A program made the translations under genes and the position numbers. Positions 1 through 29,600 of a DNA stretch of 64,000 nucleotides are shown piece by piece (position 1 is the stretch's first letter; each line of letters starts with the position of its first letter). The stretch lies in the NCBI GenBank assembly GCA_964035545.1, contig OZ037765.1, positions 10,922,698 to 10,986,697 of the forward strand, given 5' to 3'. The DNA comes from Bugula neritina. Lineage: Eukaryota > Animalia > Bryozoa. Below the pieces are notes generated by a model that had not been told where the DNA came from, made no database searches, and saw nothing but the letters and a program-made list of their open reading frames with translations.

Positions 1-834
1 AACGCACATACTCACGTAGTAGAACAATCCGGCCGAATTTCTCAAAAGTATCCATCGTATAACTCGACCTTCTCAATACCCAGCAACCTGGATGCAGCCT
101 TCTTTGACTTTAGACGAAGAGTTAGTCTAATATACTTCTTCAAAGGCAGGAAGGTACATCTTTTATAACATATCAGTTATTATTGTTACAAATAATAAGT
201 TATGGATGCAGCATTGATCAGGTGGTTCACTGTTGGGGCAGCGTGTTTTTCTCATTCTAGATTATTCCATTCTGGAGTTTGTTTAATCACTCTGTACCCT
301 CATTATAATATTCTCTTATAAAAGCATTTGGGCAAAAAGTTGAAATAATATATTAAACTTTGTGATAATAGAAAAAACAGATAAATTAATGCTTCGCTAT
401 TTTTCTTTATTAATATACTACAGAACATCACGCTCATTGCCAAATTTATATGCGCTGTGTTATAGTTATTATTTATCATTGTGCAATATAGAAGTATGCA
501 TGATGTATAATGTCTTTTGCGTATGTTGTAGGTTTACTCATACAACTACCAGCCGGGTAGCTCTCACCAGTGTTGCACAAGTGTTCAGAATATAGTAAAT
601 CTGTTTCCACCAGCCACCCCAGATGACCTTCATTCTGAAAACTCATATGAAACGGGTATTGACACTGCGTACTACTCCAACTCAAAAAGAAAACTGTATT
701 TCATTAAAGGCGATGATGTGTGGGTTGATGAACTGTTTTCCAGCAACAGCAACAGCCATGGCCATAGAATGAAGTACATTGGCAAATGGTACAATCAATG
801 GTACTACATATGTGATGCAGATTGTCCTGCTTGA
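1..834 (+). CDS. MMP21: Matrix metalloproteinase-21-like, last two coding exons (hemopexin domain); gene starts upstream of the window
   Basis: Exons <1-153 and 532-834 are joined by a phase-0 GT..AG intron; TGA at 832-834. Translation includes IPSNLDAAFFDFRRRVSLIYFFKGRK|VYSYNY...IVNLFPP...IDTAYYSNSKRKLYFIKGDDVW...KWYNQWYYICDADCPA*. These are hemopexin blades matching the recalled MMP21 C-terminus ([21 protein letters not shown]...IDSAYYSY...KWFDVCD). Confidence 0.8.
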
Positions 835-3556
835 GTCTAAAAGCTTAAATCTTTATAAATACAGAAGCTACACCCAAAGAAGTGGTAGAAATTATGATTG
901 CTACTTACCTTAACCTAGTAGAAGTACTTTGGCCATGGCTGGTTATTTTTGTCTGTATGATACCGTGTGTGCTGCATTCATATGTCACTATGTTATGTCT
1001 CACAACAACCCATTGCATATCACAAGGCACAAATTTTGTCTCTCACTATATAGCATACATGTCAGTGGAACATTCATGTAGCTCTAAATTTCAATCATCT
1101 TTTGTACAATCAACTATTTATCTAGTTAGCTTTTTCTTCCCACCATTATAAGTTATATACCTACATCAATATTTGTAATATAATTGTACACTGCTCTTAT
1201 TAGATGAAGAATACTCCTGTTAATTTATATACCTAATTCTACTGTATCATGACTTTTCATTTTTCAATACTTTATATTTGCTATTATGAATTTACTTTAT
1301 TTTCTCTGTTTCAATCATCTAAAACCAATCAGTTCGTGATGTATACGCTATCTTACAAATTTTGTATAAATAAAGTCAGTATAGCAGATAAATTGTAGAG
1401 TTGTAGAGTTGTTTACTCATGAAATATTTTATTATTGTGTAGACAACTTCAACTTTTTAACACAAAATATGTAAGATACTTATTGGGTTCTTAATTGTAG
1501 AATAAAATCAATACACCCTCAGGTTGCACAAATACTGTGTATCTAGCGTTTGCGAATTAAAAATAGAGCGAAAAATTTATCGATTATGTTATACTTCACC
1601 ACTGCAAACATGGTTAAAGTGTTTGATTTTATTGGTGCTTATTTCATTTTCAACATCTCTTTTATAGCTTTCTAGCATGTGCAATAGGTAGTAATATAAT
1701 AACTTGAATAAAATTTTGCTAGACTGAATTAAGACACAATATTTTGAAATGAATGGCTTTTCCCCTGTCAACCGTGGTTGATAAAGTATAATACAATAGT
1801 AAGCGCAACTAGATTCAGCATAATGAATATATATATTTGAAAAAAATAACTAAATAATATTTGACAGGCTTTCTATATCTAAACCATATCTAAAAATGAC
1901 TTATATATTATAGGAATATTATGCATGGTAACATTTCAAGTCATTAATAGCTGCTTAAACATTAGTTATTGCCAAGTTGTATATTGCAGAAAATTTAACT
2001 TTTCACACAAAATTTAATTTGTTGTGTGACTTGAAAACTTTCTGTCATAATACTTTTACATATGCATTAGTTTTGTAACTATTTTGTAATGTGTACAATT
2101 ATTCTACAGTAACTTAGAATGTAACAGTATATTTTAATGATTATGTAAATCAAGCAAATGTAAATGCTACTTAAGAGTAGCAGTAGTTCAACCTGGGAAG
2201 ATAATCCTACAAAAAATGAGGGTGCGGCTTACCCCGAGTGCAGAGAAGAGAAGGCGGTAGGCATACAGCATTGACGTAACAGCGGCTTTGCTATGTCATC
2301 TAATGAGTCAATATCTATTTATATATAAGCCTGATGTTTACTGTTGTGTACAACGGTATTTCAAGTGTGGAAAAACTATCTTGTATGATTCAGGCAATGG
2401 CTACTATTATATTTTATTATTATCACATAAATATATTTATTATACGCAATGATTAGATGTTTTGAACTCTTTTGATGTATTATATTGAGTTTGCAAAACA
2501 GTAGCATGCTTGATTACCAACATTTCATACCAAAATAGACGTGCTTTTCATACATTGGACTTTTTTTAGTTGAGATAACATTTCAGATTTGTATTATTAA
2601 TGCTCCTACTCAATTTTTGCTGCTAATTTTGGAAATGTTATCTTTACATTTTGTTTCATTTGAAAAGATGTGTAGCGATTTTAAGTTGAATAGAAGAATC
2701 AAGTTTAATTTACATTTACAGGCAGCAAATAAATAAGCTTATATATATGCATATATATATTTTTTTTAAAGTTATATCCAAGGCAAGTAACATAGCATCA
2801 ACAAAATATCAATTATATATATTAAAAATACAACATTAATAAGTAACGTAAAGCTTAGATCATATGAAAGTTATATACAAGTTTTAATAAGCAAAATCAT
2901 GACAGCTGTTAATGCAGATTTCAACAGACTATATATAATGCCAAATTATACTGTTGGAATATATATATTTCAACAGTCTAATTTGGCAGTATTTCTATGT
3001 CAAAATTAATATAATATAATGATTACAATATTGCTGGTCAAATTTGTCATGGAATTCTAAATAAATTTATTAAAATTTACAAAACTGATGAACGACAATA
3101 ATATGGTACATTAAAAGTTGCAACTATCAATAATAGTTTATATATTATGATGTAATTTTATTTACAATATAAATAATTGAAAGTATAAATATCATGTTCA
3201 AAATAGATAGAAAGACATTAGAATATTTATAATATTTAAAATATTAATAGCGTAATTAAAATAACGATATATTAAGCAGCAAATAAAATAAGTTTTGTCA
3301 CATGTCATGGATTTGTTATGAAGATCTGAAAATAAAGCTAAAGTGGCAGAATCGTGTAAAAAGTTATTAAATATTTTATCTATTTTTAGCAAAATCAGAG
3401 TCAAAAACACCACAACCTTCAAACATCTACTTGATAGCACCATCGCCTGTTTAGTATAGTATTACACATAGCACTGTATTCAATCATCATCAAGTTTTCA
3501 TGTTGTAACACAAGATATCCTGGTATAACTGTGTATAGTACTATATAGTGTGGTAC

Positions 3557-21422
<17,866 letters not shown>

Positions 21423-24400
21423 TTTTGCTTGTTACGCATTGAGGCCAAGTAGTAGAAATCACTTTTTATGCACTCCCTTAGGACTGATATATGGAATTAG
21501 TAGGTTATGTTATTATTCTATACAGTAGCATATCACCAATCACCATGCACATTTATTTCTTAAGCTCCGCCCGCAATATGATAATTTCAATTAGAATATT
21601 CTGTAATTTAATAAAAAACTTTGCATTCAGAAACACAATGGTCAAGTACTAATAGCGTTAGAGATAAATCGTATACCTTATAACCATAGGAGAGTGTAAA
21701 AAGATTAGCTGCTATTGGAGGGAATGGCACGTGTCACAAAGACTTGTTGAGATGAAAGGCGCTGGTTTGAGATCATCAACCATGATAAGCTAGTGAAATA
21801 TGTTCACAACAAAACCTGTAATTACATTTTTAAGATACGCATGAGGTGCTACACCTGCCTTTACAGCATAATGCCTTTATTCAAAATATAGGAACATAAT
21901 GTGAATGCAGATTCAGCTGTATAGGAAGAAAACCAAAATGATCATCATTTTCATTCACATCCTCAATGTTAAGCCATAACAAACTAATGAAATCTCAAAC
22001 AAAAAAACATGTAGGCTTGCTTTTAATTCAATGACATGCATTATTTTTAAAATATATAAAAAGTAACATGGCCTGTTTATGCTGCATAAGAAAAGGTGTG
22101 TTGTTTGTGATGAGTTTAAACCAGCAAACAAAGCAATTATCATGTTGTATAGCAGTTGCTATTCTAAATTAGTTTTTTATGAGTATTTCAAGTTGTTGAA
22201 GCCTTAAGCCATATGAATAAACTTATTCATATTTTATCAAAAGTGAAAATTGAAAAGCATGATTATAAATTTATTTTCATAAAATTTTTAATATAATTTG
22301 GCAAAAAAACTTTTCATGTTATTTTTCAATCACTATCACAAAAAAAAGTTGTTTAATTATATATACGCACTCAAATAATTTAGATTATGAATTGAACAAT
22401 AATATATTATTTACTGTACCTAATACGGATAGCCATGTTTACTACGTAACCTATTTTAAACAAATGTTATAAATAGTTCGAACTTGGCACCAATTTTCAC
22501 TCGATTTATTATATTATTTTTTGCATGGTTTTGTAAACACAGCTATATTTTTTATGTGATGAAAAAAACAGTAGCGAATAACAATAAAATCTTATTTATT
22601 AGTTGAACAAAATAAGAGAGTTAAAACTCCATTGTTATTAGGAAGCTAATGCAGTGGCTCAAATACGGACATCGAGCTTTCAAAAGACACTCTTCAAAAA
22701 TAGGCTTTTTAAATTTTTCGAATACACAAGCTTTCTTATACGTTGGCCCCTGATTTGACTCAGAAATTAAAAAAAATCATTATAGCCTTTGTTCCAGCAA
22801 TAACTTAGGGAGACTCTGCTTTCTCTACTAAGTGACTCACCCTGCCAGAATATGTTCTTAAAATAAAGTATGGGCACAGTCAAGTAGAGTTCCAACCACA
22901 ACATCCTAAGAATTTTGTTATTAAATCGACCTAAAAACTGCTAGACATATAATATTTCAATCTTGGTTATAAGTATTGTTTGTTGTTAGATGTGTAATCA
23001 ATAGAAGAGATAATTGTAAAGTTATATGACTATTCCGATATTTTTATGTAATAAAATGAAAAGCAGGTATTAGCATTAGCATATGTTTATTTCATATATA
23101 GAAAGCTAGATATTTTTAATCTATTAACTAACCAGGGCATAAAAGTTTATAGAAACTATGAGTCAGATGGGTGATCACGTATACGAGCAACTTCTATGCA
23201 CACAATTAAATACTTTAATACAGTAATTATTTGATATTATAACTCAAGTACATTATTTGCGGTGCAAATTAATCTTATTTGAAGCTGTTGCATTGTGTGT
23301 TTATAGGACAATTATGTGTAAATAAATATGCATCAATTTATTTTGAGTTGTATTCACATTGAGCAAAACAACAACAGTTACTTATTATTTTATTAGTGAA
23401 ACACCAGATGATGTGATAGCAAATGATTTCTATTTTAAGGAAGCAAACTATATTTGTGAGCTGCTATGTTTTGACACAGTTGCAGCAGCAAAAATTTAAA
23501 AAGCATGTGTCTTACTAAATAAAAACTTGACACTTTGCTCAGTAAAAAGCTCAAATTTTTTTGGAAATTATATACATTACATACATTTTATTTCCTTTAG
23601 TAAAAGTAACTGATAAAGAAAACATTTTAGTTAAATACTTTAAATTATACATGCATATATGAAAATATTGTGCTTATTATAAAATCAAATTACCAAAGAT
23701 TAATCAAATCAAAAATAATTTATGTGACAATGCTTTGTACTGCTTAAATGTAAATACAAGTTAATTATATAAATGTAGTATAGGTTAGAGCTACTTTCTA
23801 TACAGCAAAACTTAGTAAAAAAATTATCTTTAAAGCTGATGGTTTTAACAAAAAATTAGCAGCTGCAACACTTAGTTAATCTGTGTTAATTGTACAATTA
23901 AGGCAGAATACTTTTGTATTTAAGTCATGTGATAAAATATATAAAAATAATAAAAGAGTGGCAGACATGATAAATTTACAATTTTGCTAATCTGTCAGCA
24001 ATAAAGAATTCAATAAATTTGTTTTTATTTAATAATGATGTTTGATAGTTTTCAGAAGAGTTCATTAGTTTATATCCTAACAATATTATAATGACTATTG
24101 TCATAAGTAGTATATATTTTAATTTAGAAGCAGCAGCTGAGGGGACAACTCATAAATAAGCTACATCAACATGTATCAAAATATTGATATACATATACAT
24201 ATTTATATATTTATATAATGAACTTACAAGAAAATTAAAGGTTTAGTATTCCAACAGGTGTTGAGATATATAATGAGCGAATGATAGGACTGGCCAAAAA
24301 ATTACTGTTGTATCAACAAATACCAAAAGCTGAAATAGAAACTCACGAAAATAGTAATAACTGATTGTTAATAAGCATTATATTTTTAAAATGTTTTTCA

Positions 24401-24839
24401 CAACAATGCAAAAGTTTGCAACAAAAGTGATTGTTGAAAGACTATTTAAACACTTATAAATTTTTCTTGTTCAAAACAATATCATTATGATGTGCAATCT
24501 TGCATATTTTGGAGCTCATTTTTGCAGTTTCTTGAATTTTTGAACATAAAAATCTTTTAGCAATCTAATTCATGATTCCAAAATTTGAGATTATATATAT
24601 ATATATTGCAGGGTTTGCACTCTTCTAACCCAACATAAGAAAATTTCAATATTTCAATTATAGGAGCAGGGAATAGAAACAGAGTGAGCAGTGATAATTA
24701 TTTCACATTGTCCACAGCTGTGTTTAATACACTTCATACCAATACTGTACTTATATAAAAATCAATTACTCTAACAAAAGCTGACAAAATATTTTGATGA
24801 ATAAAAATAATGTATTGAACCTTTCAAAGGGTTAATTTT

Positions 24840-25880
24840 CTCATCACCACCACAAGCAGTCTGTCAACTTAAGGATGACTGTTAAAAGTTAAGGTCTCCA
24901 GATTATAATTCTTTAGACAGGTTGATAATCAGCTGCAGCCTGCCAAGTATCCAGTCAAATATCTCTCCAAATCAAGTTTCGTTTCACTACATCTTTAAAT
25001 TTCCTTTAAAGTTCTCGAACTCAGTAGTAAATAGATAAATTGCATAGGCAGTCTCTCTGCATCAATTCAATGGATGTGTTCAGTCCATCTAAGGTTGCAC
25101 TAATGAGTATATTTGCCACCAAAGCTAAAACACTTCTTCTATGTATTTCATTGTTCAACATTTTATCCTTTTACGTTTGTTTTATAATCTCTTTCAAGTG
25201 CCTCAACATAGCAATATGCATAAATTGGTTTTTTGACTTGTGTCTTACAAATTGTCCATGTTTCAGCTCCATACAGCAAGGTGGATAAATCTATTGCCTT
25301 GTATACTTGGCATTTTACCTGAAGGGACACATGATGGTTGTCACTTGTCTCACAGTCTCGGCTTCTCAACTTCTCATAATGTACGAGTAGGCTGCACTAG
25401 TCTTTCCCATCCAAAAGGTGAATTCGCCATTTAGTCTGGCACCGTCAGATATTGTGCGGCCAAGATATACAAAGTACTTTGTTTGTACTAGAGCTTCATT
25501 ATGTATTATAATATTACCAGGTGGTTGAATTACATGTTGCTTCTTAACTGGTTGAAATAGGCACTCTGTCTTTTTGATATTTATTTTCAAACTGAACTGT
25601 TCAGTAGCCAAAGCCGAGGAGAATCTCTATACCAGCCCCTGCATACTCTCCGCATCATGAGCTACCCGCGTACTATTGTCAGCAAATAGCATTTCCTTAC
25701 AATGTTCTGAAATGTTTTTGTTTTTGCTTTAAAATGAGCTACATTGAAGAGATTTGCATTTTGTCTTGTCTGAATAGATACGCCATTTGAGCTGTCCTTA
25801 AAGGCAACCGACAAACAGAAAAGAGCTGGCGTAGGTGCAAGTACACATCCTTGTTTAACACCGTTTGTTACTGCAAACTC
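24840..25880 (-). mobile_element. 5'-truncated, decayed non-LTR retrotransposon (RTE-clade-like reverse transcriptase)
   Basis: Minus-strand reading gives FAVTNGVKQGCVLAPT (~25830-25878), MLFADN (YADD-equivalent, ~25680), LKINIKKTE, FVYLG, LLYGAETW and C-terminal FKDVVKRNL..DTWQAAAD. There are multiple frameshifts and stops, and a short tgg/tga repeat tail near 24840. Confidence 0.88.
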
Positions 25881-26610
25881 TTAATTAGATTGAAAGTTTT
25901 ACTTTTCTAGTTGAGTTATAATTATTCTATAATTGTTTGCAAATTATATTGCTTACTTTTTACATAACTGTGATAACAAAAGCTAAAGAAAAAACTCAAG
26001 TCATTTGAAATGTAGGTGACAGAGAAAAGATAGTGATGATTGCTGAAAGATATATATTTATATATCTATTTAAACACATAGGACCTACATGTACTATAAA
26101 TCATAAAGTAGCAAAGAATGGCTGCATCAACTAACAAAAATTAACGTATGGAGTTATCCTTACTTGTTTGAACTAGAATATTAATTATTTTACAACCGGT
26201 GTTCTCATCATTTAGTATTCGGGTATAGTATACAGAATACACCTTGTACGCTAATTGGGATAGATTTATTATTGATATATTCTAGAATCTAGTAGTAGAA
26301 AATATTAAGAAATAATAATGTTTATTTGACTTTTTATAATCAATAATATTACGCCAAACAAAAAACCAATTTTAAACTACTAGATTGTTCCTTTTAAATA
26401 ATTGCGAGCACAATTTTATAGTTAGCATTTGTAACGAAGCACGCAAATATTTTTTATACATGTAACGATAATCTATTTACCTGTATACTACATGCTTTTT
26501 GCTAAAAGTAAATTTACTATATTGAAAAAACTTTTGTACTCACTAGCCCAATTTTAATCTACTTAGTCTTGCTCTCAATCTCGAATTTCAATCAGACTAG
26601 TTGATTCAAA

Positions 26611-29600
26611 ATGCCAACTGTGTTACTTTTAGATGTGTCATTATCTATGGCACGCGTATCAAGTTCTGTTTCTGGCAACACCCATACTAATCTAACACCT
26701 ACGAGTACGTCCGATTTACATTTTGATCAAGTTCAACATGAGGCTGAACAGAAAAAACAAAATGGGTCTGGGAGCAAGGAAAGCTCTGTTACAAAACTAT
26801 CTTTAGCTGTTCAAAGTGTTTACCGTTTTTTAGATGAGCTGGGTCACCAAGCTAAATTAGAACATGTTGCACTTGTAAGTTGAAGTTATAAATGTTAAAT
26901 GTAATATTTATAATGATTAATTCACTATGAGTATGACTATCACTATATCAGTATCACCATGACTATGGTACTCACTATGAGTATGATACTGTGACTATCA
27001 CATGGTAGTTGGTGACTATGACTATAAATAAAACCAAAAGTATGGCATGCACAATGACCAAAATTATATTGATGGTTTCATTGAAAATTGCTGTAAGTGT
27101 AAAACTGTGGTTATAAGTGAATTATTGAGTGTAACCTTACATAACCATTATGATTACCATATTCATAATTCATATGTTTATGAGTATGAGTGATGCTAAC
27201 CTTAACACTGACTTTGAGTTTGGCATTGTCGAGCTGATATTGGCTTATAAGTGAATAATTAATAGAACTTAGTATTATAATGTTTAATGATTTTTGTATG
27301 AGTTTATGACTAAAATACTCCTCGCCAGCTCTGAGTTGAAGTCAAGTCGGTGGTTAATCAAATCATGATGATGATTCATACAAAAATGTCAAGTCTGAGC
27401 TGATTGAATAAACGATTGCTGATTTGAGTCTACTTGAGTCAGCTTAAACTGACTTTCAAGTACTTGATTATGCCAATATATTTTTAATGTCTATATAAAA
27501 TATTATAAGATACATTTAGTAGAAATTATTGGATAGCTACATGTAATTAGTAGCTTAAATGAAAAATAGATTTATAGCTGCAACTATTTTGAGAATAATA
27601 TTTAGCCATGTTTATGAAAAAAGGGTTTTATCCCAGATAGACGCTTCCCATTTAGACGCTATTTTTTTTTTGGGTATATGTAGTAATATACCTATATATA
27701 CCTATATAACTGTTGTATTGATTGCTAATATGCTAATAGCTATAATAGCTAACATGAATTATCTGGAATACTCCAATTTTCACGGATTTGTGTGGGACAA
27801 AAAAACAGTAATACATTAATAATAGACATTATCTTTAATGAATACTTATTAACGAAATATCTTTTCAAACAACAAAAAGTATTAAATATGGAAAATTAAT
27901 AAGTTAGTGCAAATCAAATGAATTTATTTATGTGCTAAATAACAAGCAATTAATCCAAGTTTATTTAAATATGCATATATTTCAATAATATTCAAATTAA
28001 TTGCACATAAAATATATATTGTACCAAAATAAATAAATAGCGTCTAACTGGGAAATTTAGCCTAGCATCTAACTGGAAAGCGTCTATCTGAGATGACACC
28101 GAAAAAAACAATGAAATTAAATATAGTTGCACTGTTATACATTGTTAGTATAAAATAATTGTCATTTACCAAATTTATGTGAGCTCTAAGCGATAAAACT
28201 AAATTAGGCAGTCTGGTACTTGGATTAGTTATTAGAATAATCTAGTATTGTAATTTATAGGTCATATTTTCTTCGCTATGGGAAGTAGCCGTTCCATTTA
28301 CTCGGGATTATGACACCATAAAAGAAACTATTCTTGACATCGTCCTATATGATAAAACGTGCTTGACAGCAGCGTTTGGTGCAGCTCATGATGTCATACA
28401 GGAAATGTGGAGTGGTACAAGCATGCCCTGCCAGGTGAAAATTATAAGTAAATATAAATAAGTACTGCAGGTCTGAGCAATGGGCACTATGAGTAATACA
28501 TTTTCGATTTATTTGAATAGACCTATGGCTTTTGTGGTTTTGTCTTTTAGGTTGTCATAATAACTGATGGGTTAGTTGATGTCACCCCAGAACTATTTTC
28601 CAAGTTGGAAGATTCGGCATTCCCTTCAAACTATAACTTCCATATGCATTGTGTGTCGGGCATGAGTGAGTTTTGCTGTCATCAAAATATAGATCAGCTG
28701 ACGGTGAGTTTACAACTTTTCTGTGTTTTTACAAAATATATTGTAAAAAATAATGTTCATAATTTATAAGTGTCTGTTTCTACATTTTAAATAATTTATA
28801 TATACTGCAGCAAGGTTGGGGTAATTTCTAATTTGTAATTGTAATTGGTTGTAATTAATTACATTTTTTCAAATAATTGAATGTAATTTGTAATTGATGT
28901 ATAAAAATGTAATTGTAATTGTAATTAATTACATATCTAATGTGATTGATTTTTACAATTACTTTATAATTACATGTCAATTACTTCAAACTTTAAAATC
29001 CTAAAATTTTTATACTTTTCCTACCATGCCTACTGTTAAATAACAAATTCAGATTAAGTCAATGTGGTATAGTATCACTGTTGAGAACAAAGGAGGTTCA
29101 CCACTGTCAAAATTGCCCCTGCTAGTTGGACCCTATAAGTGAAATTGCATAGCTTCTATTTATCTCTTGTGAGAACAAAAGTGATTGTAATTGTAATTAA
29201 TTACATTACTATTTGACTGTAATTATAATTGTAATTGTAATTGACAAATTCTCATGTAATTGTAATTAATTAAATTCACATGTAATTGACCCCAACCCTG
29301 TACTGCAGTAAATAACCCTCATATTAGCCAGCTGCAAACTTAATCTCTTGGATTCTTCTTTACTTTTGGATTACCCTTTGTATTAGCATTTTTTAGTGCT
29401 AATAATATATTATTTTTGATGATGCAATAAAATAGATGTACAAAAATAGAGGTTTTTAATTTTTCAGTATTTTTAGGAATGATATATAGATAATTACCTG
29501 TTCATCACATAGTGTGATTATACCACACAAACATATGAGTGATGACATTTCTTTTGAGCAATCTATAAAGAACAAACTATGCAACTACTCACAAGTAAAT

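Noticed and set aside
2195-2360. GC-richer patch (ggtgcggcttacc...caacggta) resembling a Tc1/pogo-type MITE end
   Set aside because: No matching second terminus or TSD was found.
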